Shown one piece after another: positions 20,678 to 30,573 of a stretch of 51,446 nucleotides of DNA. The stretch lies in contig KV454012.1 of the NCBI GenBank assembly GCA_001661245.1, positions 774,147 through 825,592 of the forward strand, written 5' to 3'. The notes below the pieces were generated by a model that searched no databases, was not told the origin of the DNA, and was given only the letters and a program-made list of their open reading frames with translations. The position numbers were made by a program, and so were the translations under genes. Position 1 is the stretch's first letter. Each line of letters begins with the position of its first letter. Source of the DNA: Pachysolen tannophilus NRRL Y-2460 (taxonomy: Eukaryota).

Positions 20678-21046
20678 AATCAAAACCTAATTCCAAAAAA
20701 AACCCCCAATTGATTGAAAACAAAATTATGAATAAACTAAATATACGAATAAATATATATATTTATAAATATTATGTTGCTGGTTGTTCAAGGTGAGATT
20801 TAGGTCAATTTGCAAAAAAAACCAAAAAAAAAAAAGTGGAAATTAAAGCGCAGTTGCGGTGCACTTTTTGTTGTCTATTTTACGCAACTAGCGATACACA
20901 ATTGTAAGCACTCATTGCGCACTTGATGTGGTACACAATAACTTACAATTATGTGTACGCACTTGAGTTTTATAAATGTGCACCTTAAGTGTGCGCAGCT
21001 AAATTTATAAATGCGCAGGGCTTTTTGATTTTAATTTTCTTTTGTT

Positions 21047-21057
21047 TGAAAAATTTT
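21047..21057 (+). promoter_or_regulatory. RRPE element TGAAAAATTTT
   Basis: Consensus RRPE about 100 bp upstream of ribosome-biogenesis gene RRP14. Confidence 0.65.
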
Positions 21058-21151
21058 CTTGAGATATATAATTATAATATATGAAACCAAAAGTTTTGTA
21101 TGTCCAGGTATTGATTTTAGATTGGATTGGGATATTGATATATTGTTTGTG

Positions 21152-22507
21152 ATGTCTAAATCTTTGGAGGATCGTCTCAAGACCCATTCTTCGGCGTTTG
21201 ATAGTTTATTATCTTTAATTCCTGCCAGGTATTATTATGATGAAAATAGTGAAAATCAGTGGAAACTGAAAAAAAAATCAAAAGATGAATTAAAACTGAA
21301 TAAGAAACTGAAATTAGATCCTTCGAATATAGAGATTGAAAATTCGTCGGCTTCAGATATACTCCGGGAAAGGGAAAAGTTTGCTAAGCCTGTGGTAATA
21401 CCTGGATCCAAAGGTAATGGCATAGCTGTCCAAGATGACAAAGAACAACAGGAAGAAGAAGAAGAAGAAGAAGAAGAAGCAGGTTATAATAGCAGTGAAC
21501 TTGAAGAAGAAGAAGAAGAAGAAAATTTTATAAAATCGGATCACGAAGGTATTACCATGGTGTTTGATGACGAGGGAAATGAAATTGAGAAACAAGATGA
21601 AAGTGAAATTTCCACTTTAGTTTCCACTTCCACTTCTAGTAGTAATGGAAGTTCTTCTAAGAAACTGAAAAAATTATCTGATGAAGAAGAGAAATTAAAA
21701 CGTGAGAAATTGCTGAAATTAAAGGAAAAATTGTCTATGAAGATTAGTTTATTAAAAGAGAAGAGGAAAGCTTTAGGAACTAAAGTTCCTGGAGCACCAC
21801 AATCTAGAGAAGAAATTTTAGAACAGAGAAGACAAAAAGAAGAATCTAAGAAAAGAAAGCATGAAGAAGATGAAAAAGATGAAGAGGAGGATGATATAGA
21901 TGATGAAGATCAAAGCTCAGAAGATGAAGAATATGTAAATGAAGGCGGTAGTATGTTATTTCAAAATATTGTATTTGAAGATGGTGATAGAATAACTTCA
22001 GATTTATCATCTTTAAGAAAGAAACCAACTAAAAAGGGTCCTTCTAATAATGATATAAGAGCTCATTTACAAAAATTACAAAAAGAAAAGGAAAAATTAT
22101 CACAAATGTCAGATGAAGAAAAACTGAAATTTTTAGAAAAAGCAAAATGGAATAAAGCAATGCTTAATGTTGAAGGAGTAAAATTAAAAGATAATGAACA
22201 CTTGTTGAAGAAATCTCTTAGGAGAAAAGAACAGAAAAAGAGGAAATCAGAAAGAGAATGGAAAGAAAGAAAAGAAGATGTACAACTGACAGTACAAGCA
22301 AGACAAAAGAGAAGAGAAGAAAATTTACAATTAAGAAAAGAAAATAAAGGTAAAAAGGGTAAAAAACAACAAGCAATGAAAAGAAAATTCACAGGAACAA
22401 TAAGCAAAAATGGAAAGAAGAAGCAAAACCAAATAGGTGGTTCAAAAAATGGTGATAAAAGAGCTGGATTTGAAGGTGGAAGAAGTAGAAAAGCTGGAAA
22501 AAGGTAG
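21152..22507 (+). CDS. RRP14: Ribosome biogenesis protein Rrp14 (SURF6 family)
   Basis: MSKSLEDRLKTHSSAFDSLLSLIPARYYY; C-terminal SURF6 domain (KSEREWKER, KRREENL, RAGFEG). ATG is 21152; track start is TTG. Confidence 0.93.
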   Translation: MSKSLEDRLKTHSSAFDSLLSLIPARYYYDENSENQWKLKKKSKDELKLNKKLKLDPSNIEIENSSASDILREREKFAKPVVIPGSKGNGIAVQDDKEQQEEEEEEEEEAGYNSSELEEEEEEENFIKSDHEGITMVFDDEGNEIEKQDESEISTLVSTSTSSSNGSSSKKLKKLSDEEEKLKREKLLKLKEKLSMKISLLKEKRKALGTKVPGAPQSREEILEQRRQKEESKKRKHEEDEKDEEEDDIDDEDQSSEDEEYVNEGGSMLFQNIVFEDGDRITSDLSSLRKKPTKKGPSNNDIRAHLQKLQKEKEKLSQMSDEEKLKFLEKAKWNKAMLNVEGVKLKDNEHLLKKSLRRKEQKKRKSEREWKERKEDVQLTVQARQKRREENLQLRKENKGKKGKKQQAMKRKFTGTISKNGKKKQNQIGGSKNGDKRAGFEGGRSRKAGKR

Positions 22508-22661
22508 TATAGAAAATTTCAAGTTTATTAAACCAAAAATTCATCTTTTATATATATATAAAATAAAAACTTTCTTTAATGATTATTATTACTATTATCA
22601 ATATTATCACTGAGTTGATATTTTATTTTTGTAGTAATTCTTCTTCTAAGATCATTATCTA

Positions 22662-23306
22662 ATGACTAATAAGATTAACGATTTGTCAAATGAGATTGTA
22701 TCTTTAGCTGAAAAAATATTTCCATCAAGACTAGTGATTGAAGATATTGAAGATAATGATAATGATGAACGTTTTTTGCAATTAAGCGTTAAACATATCA
22801 ACAATTTAGATTCTGAGATAATATCAAGTTGTTTAAACTTGTTAGAATTAAACTTGAGCCATTATTATATCAAATATAATGGTGAGAATTGGAAAGATGG
22901 GAAATTATTAGAAATGCATGAAGATGGTTTAATCTATGTATATTATACTGATTACAAAAATAAGTGTAATGTACCCATTTTCCTTTCTTTTATGAATACA
23001 ATTGATAATGGCTTAAAAGTATTTTATCTTTACGAAATCCAAATCCTGGAAAATTATAGAAATCGTAAAAATGGAAGATTATTACTTTCAAAATTCCATG
23101 ATTTATGTTCTGAATTTAACCAAAAATCAAATGAAAAACTTTATGGAACTGCCTTAACTGTTTTCAGTGAAAACGAACTGGCATATAGATTTTACTTACA
23201 CAACGGATACTCAATCACAAACTACTCTCCCAAAGATAAGAAATTAAGACATGGAAAGATTCTCAAACCTGAATATTATATCTTATCAAGGCCTTTGAAA
23301 CCATAG
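22662..23306 (+). CDS. NAT4: N-alpha-acetyltransferase 40 (histone H4/H2A)
   Basis: GNAT fold: WKDGKLLEM, YLYEIQI, LTVFSEN..A..FY..GY, SP..K.LR, P.YYIL. Confidence 0.85.
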   Translation: MTNKINDLSNEIVSLAEKIFPSRLVIEDIEDNDNDERFLQLSVKHINNLDSEIISSCLNLLELNLSHYYIKYNGENWKDGKLLEMHEDGLIYVYYTDYKNKCNVPIFLSFMNTIDNGLKVFYLYEIQILENYRNRKNGRLLLSKFHDLCSEFNQKSNEKLYGTALTVFSENELAYRFYLHNGYSITNYSPKDKKLRHGKILKPEYYILSRPLKP

Positions 23307-23553
23307 AACAAAATAAAATAACTAGTAGTGTGCAAAACGTAAACATCAAATACTATTAATTAAAAGTGGTTTGGAATTAAGTTAAAATTATATATATATT
23401 TATTATATATTAAATACATCATTTAAAACAACGTTTATAAGAATTAGTAAAATCTTTAATCGATCAATTGATTGGATTATAATTCTCTTATTTTAGAGAT
23501 AGTTATTTTTTTTTAATAAATTTTTTTTTTCTTTTGTTCTTTTAAAGAAAAAA

Positions 23554-23855
23554 ATGTCATCTGGATCGCATGCTGTTAAATATATTAAGCACGCACCACC
23601 GCCGTTACCAAAAGTTCCAATTGGTTATCAGATAGCTGCAAAAGCTTTAGGAGCAACAATGTGGTTTTGGATTTTTTATAGGGCAAAACAGGATTATAAA
23701 ATTTGGTTTGTAAGTAGTAGTATATGAAAACAAAAAAGTATTTGAGAAACAGGTTTCTCAGGAAAAGGACCCAGGTCAGAACGAAGGAGTTACTAACAGA
23801 AGTAATTTTTTTTTTTATTCTTCTTCAGGGATTGAAACATCCATGGGAGCACTGA
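23554..23855 (+). CDS. Complex I accessory subunit NDUFB2/AGGG-like, 60 aa; exons 23554-23709 and 23829-23855
   Basis: Not in ORF track. MSSGSHAVKYIKHAPPPLPKVPIGYQIAAKALGATMWFWIFYRAKQDYKIWF|GLKHPWEH*; LGATMWFWIFYRAK..HPW.H is the fungal NDUFB2 signature. Confidence 0.88.
23710..23828 (+). other. Spliceosomal intron (119 nt) of NDUFB2-like gene
   Basis: GTAAGT donor, TACTAAC 23791-23797, poly-T tract, CAG acceptor; phase 0. Confidence 0.92.
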
Positions 23856-23968
23856 GAGAGAGATAGACATAGAGACACTTGGTATGAAACTGTATGGTTA
23901 GGCTAGAACAAGATGATATAACTGTACTTAAAAGAGTTTCCATATAATTTTAGTTTTAGTTACCTCTT

Positions 23969-23999
<31 letters not shown>

Positions 24000-24274
24000 T
24001 ATCGATTTACTGTATCTGAACCATTAGATTTCATCTACATTTATATTTATATTTTTATTAATTTCATCTATTTTGCTATCGTAGTGGTTGAATATTATTA
24101 CTATGTAAAATGTCAAAAATTCTCTCTTAAAGGGGAAAAATTTATATTAAAAGAAAACCTCCAACGTATAAGCAGAAATTTAGTACTAAAAGCTAAAGTA
24201 AAGAAATTTTATAAAACAAAACAAAACAAAAAAAAACAACACACACACACAATTTCTTTTCTTCCCCCAGTATA

Positions 24275-26371
24275 ATGAGTGATAGTAATAGCAGGTCTGA
24301 ATCTGCTTTACCTGATTTACAAGTTTCTGGGAATGATAAAAATCAATCTGTGCGTTTAAAACAAGGTGGTCCAGCGATTTTTGTAACGCCGAATAATAAC
24401 AGCTTGTCTTCATCTATTCCCAACTTGAGGCCTCCTACGCGTCGAGATGGAGAAGAAGGAGATGAAAATGATTTTGATGAGAATGGTACAGATTATGATG
24501 ATGAGTTTTTCATAAATGAGGAAGATGAGACTGAAATTACACAAGATCAACATTTGAATTTATACAGAGTAACATCACCTACTTTTTCAATTGCTTCTTC
24601 AATGCATGGTAATAATAATAACAATAATAACAATAATAATGATGAAATTAATAACAGTAACCGCAATTCCCGCAGCAAATATAACAATGCTTCAATGTTC
24701 CCAAGGTCTTCGTCTCCTGAAAGTAGAAGGTACTCACTTTTGGTGCCGAATTTACTGAATTCATTATATAATCACAACAATAATTCATCTACAAATTCAT
24801 TAACTTCCAATTCAAGTACTAGCAATAATGCTAGTAATGCTAGTAATAACAAGCATACCAAGAGACATTCTTTAAATTATTTTCCTCAGGCATTACCACC
24901 ACCAAGGTCAAGGTCACCAATAAGGTCAAGGTCACCAGTTAGGTCTAAATCACCAGTAAGAAGCAATAGTAATACTTATAACCCTTTTAATTTTAAATCT
25001 ACATCATTAATGACACATGGGAATGGTTCTAATAATTCATTGGCTCCAGTAAGTATAGGAATGGGTGTGGTAGGGTCACCTAAAGCTCAATATAGAAGAG
25101 GTCATAGGTATAAGCATTCTTCTGTGTCAATGAATTTATTTCAAGAACCACCAAAGAGACAACCATTGAACGTCCCTGAATCTTTCCCAATACCCACTTT
25201 TAAAGAAATTATAAATTCACTAGATAATGTTCAGAAATTAAAGCTTACATGGAGTTTTTTACACTTATTATTTGTAATAATAGTTTTCATTTTGGGTATA
25301 AATTATAATAATATTTTATTATCAACTTTATCCCATTTAATTTTTTATGATCTAATTGGTAACTTTATTATTGTTATTGTTAATATTATGACAAATTTTG
25401 ATTGTTGGAATAATTCATCTTTAAAATATCCATTTGGATTGGGAAGAATAGAAGTATTAATTGGTTTTGCATTAAGTGTTAGTCTCATATTTGTTGGAGT
25501 GGATTTATTATCACATTTAATTGAAGAATTCGTTATTAAACTTATAATGGGGGATGCTAAAGATGAACATCTTCTTGAAGAAGAAAACATTTATAGTAGT
25601 ACTCATTCACATCAACATACAGGTGATGGGAAAAATTTATCTATTTTAACATTTGAATTATTAATTACACTTACAATATCAATTACTATGTTATCATCTC
25701 AATTCATATTGGATAAATCCGGTCTTAAATCAATTAACAAGGTCAAAACGAAAAATTCAATCTTTAATCTTATATTAAATAGGAAAAATTACTTGATAAG
25801 TAATTCTACTAGTTTCTTGACAGTTTTTTTCGCCATATATTCACTGATCTATTATCCAATATTAATTCATAATTCAAATCTGGAAGTTTTCAATGATTTT
25901 TCAATATTATTCACCGCATTGTTGATTGTTTATATTGGTTACAAGTTAATTAAGCATCTATCATATATTTTATTAATCTCATATCCATATCATAATGGTA
26001 GCGAGAATGGCAATACCACTAAATTAAACAAAGTTGTTACTTTGTTGTTCAATAAAATTGAAAATTTGGAATTTTTCAAAAAAACATACAACATAGAGGA
26101 TATCATCATATCAAAAGTCAACTACAAGATATATATCATTATAGTTAGTTTAAATATGTTTGGTTGTACAGATGACGATGAGTCAAGAATGATATTTTCA
26201 ATCAATAGATTAATAGCAGAGACCATGAATGAAGAAGAAAACAATATTGATGCCGACCCAAGCAGTTTGGAAATTGAAAAAACCCAAACCAAACTAGACA
26301 GAAATGATATTCCAAGCAATGGTAATAGATATGAAATAACGGTGGACATTAATAGAGCTGGTATAAGATGA
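24275..26371 (+). CDS. ZRG17: ER zinc transporter subunit Zrg17 (CDF family)
   Basis: Long disordered N-terminus with RSRSP repeats, RRGHRYKHSSVSMN, LSHLIFYD, YPFGLGRIEVL.GF, several TM helices, His patch. Confidence 0.85.
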   Translation: MSDSNSRSESALPDLQVSGNDKNQSVRLKQGGPAIFVTPNNNSLSSSIPNLRPPTRRDGEEGDENDFDENGTDYDDEFFINEEDETEITQDQHLNLYRVTSPTFSIASSMHGNNNNNNNNNNDEINNSNRNSRSKYNNASMFPRSSSPESRRYSLLVPNLLNSLYNHNNNSSTNSLTSNSSTSNNASNASNNKHTKRHSLNYFPQALPPPRSRSPIRSRSPVRSKSPVRSNSNTYNPFNFKSTSLMTHGNGSNNSLAPVSIGMGVVGSPKAQYRRGHRYKHSSVSMNLFQEPPKRQPLNVPESFPIPTFKEIINSLDNVQKLKLTWSFLHLLFVIIVFILGINYNNILLSTLSHLIFYDLIGNFIIVIVNIMTNFDCWNNSSLKYPFGLGRIEVLIGFALSVSLIFVGVDLLSHLIEEFVIKLIMGDAKDEHLLEEENIYSSTHSHQHTGDGKNLSILTFELLITLTISITMLSSQFILDKSGLKSINKVKTKNSIFNLILNRKNYLISNSTSFLTVFFAIYSLIYYPILIHNSNLEVFNDFSILFTALLIVYIGYKLIKHLSYILLISYPYHNGSENGNTTKLNKVVTLLFNKIENLEFFKKTYNIEDIIISKVNYKIYIIIVSLNMFGCTDDDESRMIFSINRLIAETMNEEENNIDADPSSLEIEKTQTKLDRNDIPSNGNRYEITVDINRAGIR

Positions 26372-26553
26372 GGTGTAGGATGTTTTTTAAACTAAATTTT
26401 TTTTTTTTTTTCTTTCACAAAGCTCTCTTTGCATATATATATATAAATAATATATATAAAATATATAACTAGCTTATAATATTCGAAGAAGTCATTAGAA
26501 GTAGAATGATCTTAGGGGGAAAGTAGAGCACATATGTATATATAGAAGAGAGG

Positions 26554-29166
26554 ATGATGAATATGAGGTCTGGTAAGAACGGACGATTGGTGGTACTTTT
26601 ACTGCAAGAAGGAAGGTTTATTAGGACAAATTTTTCAAGCATAATTACATTACGACAACAATCTCTAAATACAACGTCATCTAGGCAGCTTGGATCTTTG
26701 AGCAATAGGAGTAAGAAACTGAAAATTGGAGCTAGTTCGTCTAGGTTTAAGACGAAAAAGGATATTCCATCTTACGTCAAACTGCCCGAAGTTATTAGAA
26801 AAGAGTTGAAAGAAAAATATGGTAAAATAGATGAAAAAATCATAAACGGTATAATCGAGGATGCACAACAGGAAAATAGTGCTTTACAACAGGTCACAAA
26901 GGAGAATGGTGAAATTGATATTAATTCACTTAGGGCTAAATCGAATGAAGATTTTTTAAGATTTTTCGAAGTTACAATGGATGAAACTGAAAGAGATATT
27001 CAGCGATTAATTGAAACTTACCAAGAAGAAGAAGAGGAAGTTGAAACAGGCATGGGATTGATACCCGAGAATGATGATCTTAAAGATTTGAAAGAAATTG
27101 CAGTGGAATTGGATAGAAATACTCAGAGAAACAAAGTTTCAGGTTTACAAACGTTTATTTCGATTTTGAGAGAATTGAATAATGAGATTAATAAATCTTC
27201 AAAAGATGTTCCTATAGAATTAATTGCACGGGCATTTGAGTTGGCATCTCAAATACCAGATGAGCGCAAGAAGAAGATATCCATGTATTATTCAGCAAAT
27301 TTAATATATTATCCAGGAAAATTGAGGTTAGACCCGATTAATGAATTATTTTATATAGAAACTTTAATTCAAAACAAGAAATTTATCAAGGCTGAGAATC
27401 TTTGGCAATCAAGGAAATATAAAGATGTTAAAGATCAAAGATTCTGGTATGAGAGAGGAATTGGATTTTACTTAAGTATGAATGATGTTAAAAAACTGGA
27501 AAAATTGGCTTTTGAAATCTTGCAAAAATTTAATTATCTACATCCAAGCGAATATGTGAACATAATAAGACACTATTCAATCATTTTAAATAATGATACC
27601 AAATATAAATTTTGGTTAGATAAATTGATACAAGATTGTTGTAGCAAAATTGGGTTTGATACTGAGTTTAAAGAGACAGAGAACTTAGGTTGGTTAGGTG
27701 AAGATCATAATGCAGCATTCGATCATTACAATAAAATTGAAAAATTGAGGTTTACTGACATGGTGGAATTGTTAAAAATTGTGTTTCAACATGAAAAGTG
27801 CGATGATGCTATTAGGTTAATTAATTTATTTTTAAAACAATCACCAAAAGTATTACCTTTTCTTTTCAATATTTTACAAGACCCTTTTCATAAGAAAACA
27901 TTATTTCAACTTCATCAAAGACTAAAAGAAATTGAAAAGATAGAATTTAGAGAAAAAATTGAATCCCTAGTACCTGATAAAGATGAAAGTAAAAAATTTT
28001 TAATGGAGCAAAGAAATTTGAAGTACCTTAGGTATTTAGAAAATAAAAAAAGGAAGAAAACTGGTGACTCTAAAAATGAAACTTCTATGTTATCAAGATT
28101 ATCTTCGGTAGATTGTTATAAATTGATGAAAGATTTTATCTTAAGAAAAGAAGTTTCAAAAGCTAAAGAGTTATTTGATGATATGAATGAAATGAGATTA
28201 AATTTGATACAACTGGGGTATACAGTTCAAGAAATTGATGAGTTTGAAAAAAGTTTCATACCACCTGCTCAATGCGGGCAATTTTTACTAATGTTGCAAG
28301 TTTATGGGAGAACGCAAGATAAAGATACATTAATTGCTATTGAAGCATTATTATCTCAGATGGATGAATTGAAGATTAGAAAAAATACTTATTTCTTGAA
28401 TCAATTAATTTTGACATATTATAGGAAGAAGATGTTTAACAAAGCGCTTGAAGTTATCAATTTAGAAGTTTTTGATAAAGTTAAAAAAGATGACAATTTT
28501 AAAATCACAAATTTATTGTTTAAAAACATTTGGATGGTTTACAGGGATAATTATAGAACATATAAAGATGATCATGATAGAATGAAAAATATGGATCAGT
28601 TAGTTTCAAACTCATTAAGTATTTTAATAAAGAAAAAATTGATTTTACCAACAGAAGATACTTTTTTAATGATGATGAATATTCTGTTGAATTCAAAACT
28701 TTATACACAATCAATAATCTTACTTGATGTTGTATCAAATATTTATGATTTCCAAATTTCTAAAAAATTGTTTATTGAAATCTTGAAAATTTTGTTACAA
28801 AAATTGGATAAATATTTAATTAATAATAAACATTTGAATTCAAAAATGATAATAATAGAATTTTTGGAAGAAATGGAATTTTTTAAAAAAAATTTATTAA
28901 TTGATAGTAATCATAGAGTTAAGAAAACATTAAATTCAGAAACTAAAAATTTACAATTTCAATATGAATTGATATCATATTTTATTTTAAAATATTATAA
29001 ATTAGTTCGAGGTGATGGTGTTGAAATTCTTGATTTCAATTCTAAATTAATCAGTTATAAGAGGAAATTCAATAATAATGTTTTAAAATTTGAAAATTCT
29101 GAACAATTAATTAGGAAAGGTGAATTACTTAAAAATGAATTATTGCAATATTATAAATATAGGTAA
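26554..29166 (+). CDS. SOV1: Mitochondrial helical-repeat (PPR-like) translation activator, Sov1-like
   Basis: Basic presequence; ARAFEL..IP..GKLRLDPINELFYIE resembles S. cerevisiae Sov1 (GKVRLDPINESFYIE, from memory); similar length. Confidence 0.72.
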   Translation: MMNMRSGKNGRLVVLLLQEGRFIRTNFSSIITLRQQSLNTTSSRQLGSLSNRSKKLKIGASSSRFKTKKDIPSYVKLPEVIRKELKEKYGKIDEKIINGIIEDAQQENSALQQVTKENGEIDINSLRAKSNEDFLRFFEVTMDETERDIQRLIETYQEEEEEVETGMGLIPENDDLKDLKEIAVELDRNTQRNKVSGLQTFISILRELNNEINKSSKDVPIELIARAFELASQIPDERKKKISMYYSANLIYYPGKLRLDPINELFYIETLIQNKKFIKAENLWQSRKYKDVKDQRFWYERGIGFYLSMNDVKKLEKLAFEILQKFNYLHPSEYVNIIRHYSIILNNDTKYKFWLDKLIQDCCSKIGFDTEFKETENLGWLGEDHNAAFDHYNKIEKLRFTDMVELLKIVFQHEKCDDAIRLINLFLKQSPKVLPFLFNILQDPFHKKTLFQLHQRLKEIEKIEFREKIESLVPDKDESKKFLMEQRNLKYLRYLENKKRKKTGDSKNETSMLSRLSSVDCYKLMKDFILRKEVSKAKELFDDMNEMRLNLIQLGYTVQEIDEFEKSFIPPAQCGQFLLMLQVYGRTQDKDTLIAIEALLSQMDELKIRKNTYFLNQLILTYYRKKMFNKALEVINLEVFDKVKKDDNFKITNLLFKNIWMVYRDNYRTYKDDHDRMKNMDQLVSNSLSILIKKKLILPTEDTFLMMMNILLNSKLYTQSIILLDVVSNIYDFQISKKLFIEILKILLQKLDKYLINNKHLNSKMIIIEFLEEMEFFKKNLLIDSNHRVKKTLNSETKNLQFQYELISYFILKYYKLVRGDGVEILDFNSKLISYKRKFNNNVLKFENSEQLIRKGELLKNELLQYYKYR

Positions 29167-29246
29167 ATTAGAATGGAAACGGATTTCTTGTATATAGATA
29201 TATATATATATAAAAGAAAGAAAGAAAAAACAAAACAAAAATTGTA

Positions 29247-30143
29247 TTATTTATTTGTATCGATGTTTAATTTATCTTTTAATGCAAATTTGACATTTGC
29301 ATAAACTTTATCAACAGCGTCTTCACAATTAACTTGAATCACTTTGTTCTGTTTCCCGTAATATTCAACTACAGGCATTGATGTTTCAACAAAAGTCTTG
29401 AATCTTTTCTTAATACTTTCAACGTTATCATCAGATCTACCAGAAGTTTCACCTCTTTTCAATAATCTTGTCAACATTACACTTTCTGGACATTGGAAAA
29501 ATAAAACTAATGAACTTTTAACAATTTGATTTTCAAATGTCAACAGCTGATCCATTTTTCTTGGAAATCCATCAATTAAAAACCTAAGATTACCTTTAGT
29601 AACTTCTTTTTCCATTGCTTGTTGTAATAAATTTATAGTAATTTCTTGTGGTACAATAGTACCTTCTTTTATACATGTCTTGATTAATTCACCATATTTT
29701 GAATTTGGATTATTTTGTTCAGCCCTTAACAAATCCCCAGCACTAAGATGAACAAATCCATAATCTTTAACTAAGTTGGCACATTGAGTACCTTTACCAC
29801 TACCAGGGCCTCCAAGAACAAATATAACCGAAACTTGATCTGAAGAGAAAGCAGGCTTTTTCAGTTGAAGATCAGGCTCAACAAACAGTGTCGGCATCTT
29901 TGAAGTAGATGGAGAAGAAACTGTATTATATATTGTGGTACCTATAGCCAACGTACCCAAAACTAATAATATTCTAAAATGATTTGGCTTACCTGAACCT
30001 GGGGAACCAGAGGAACCAGAAGATGAATAAAATCTATTTGTTTTGAAACCAAAACGAACACCCATCAATTGATTACAATTCATACGATTCAACCGACCAT
30101 ATCCATAATTAAAGTTCTTAAGCACCAATGACCTTCTAAACAT
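29247..30143 (-). CDS. URA6: UMP/CMP kinase with N-terminal targeting extension
   Basis: PAFSSDQVSVIFVLGGPGSGKGTQC, HLSAGDLLRAEQ, FLIDGFPRKMDQ, SGRSDDNVESIKKRF. First ATG is 30143; internal ATG at 29897. Confidence 0.95.
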   Translation of the reverse strand: MFRRSLVLKNFNYGYGRLNRMNCNQLMGVRFGFKTNRFYSSSGSSGSPGSGKPNHFRILLVLGTLAIGTTIYNTVSSPSTSKMPTLFVEPDLQLKKPAFSSDQVSVIFVLGGPGSGKGTQCANLVKDYGFVHLSAGDLLRAEQNNPNSKYGELIKTCIKEGTIVPQEITINLLQQAMEKEVTKGNLRFLIDGFPRKMDQLLTFENQIVKSSLVLFFQCPESVMLTRLLKRGETSGRSDDNVESIKKRFKTFVETSMPVVEYYGKQNKVIQVNCEDAVDKVYANVKFALKDKLNIDTNK

Positions 30144-30303
30144 TTCCACTAGCTTATTCTATCGTCTTCTTTCTCCAACATAACATTATATAATATTATA
30201 TATTATTATGGTTTCAACTCCATTTTCTACTGAAAATTCACCCGCCTGTAAAAGAGATTCCAACAGCAGCAGCGAAGAAAGAGAGAAAAAAAAAAAAACA
30301 CAA

Positions 30304-30409
30304 AAAATTTCCTTTTTGGGAAATTTTGAGAAAAAGTTTAAGAAAATTTCCATTTTAGGAAATTTTGAAAAAAAGTTTAAAAAAAGTTCCTAAAAAGGAA
30401 ATTTTTGAA
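30304..30409. promoter_or_regulatory. 39-bp tandem repeat (about 2.7 copies), each with a TTCC-N6-GGAAA Mcm1/CArG-type palindrome
   Basis: CCTTTTTGGG 30311-30320, CCATTTTAGG 30350-30359, CCTAAAAAGG 30389-30398; exact 39-bp spacing. Confidence 0.75.
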
Positions 30410-30573
30410 GTTGTTGTTCTTTAAATGGAACTTTCAAGAAGAAGAAGAAGAAGAAGAAGGTGATGATGATGATCATATTGAAGGTAATCATTTAATCATT
30501 TGAACATAAAAAAGAAAGAAAGAAATTTAGTGAGAGTTTTGTTAAGGTGGTTTTTAATAGATGCAAAAGTGAA

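Noticed and set aside
24121..24140. Possible Zap1 ZRE upstream of ZRG17 (CTCTTAAAGGG)
   Set aside because: Three mismatches to ACCTTNAAGGT.
30208..30393. 61-aa ORF with a repeated KIS.LGNFEKKFK peptide
   Set aside because: By-product of the 39-bp (3n) DNA repeat; the palindromic DNA motif explains the conservation better.
30304..30409. CRISPR-like array
   Set aside because: Eukaryotic context, no unique spacers, no cas genes.
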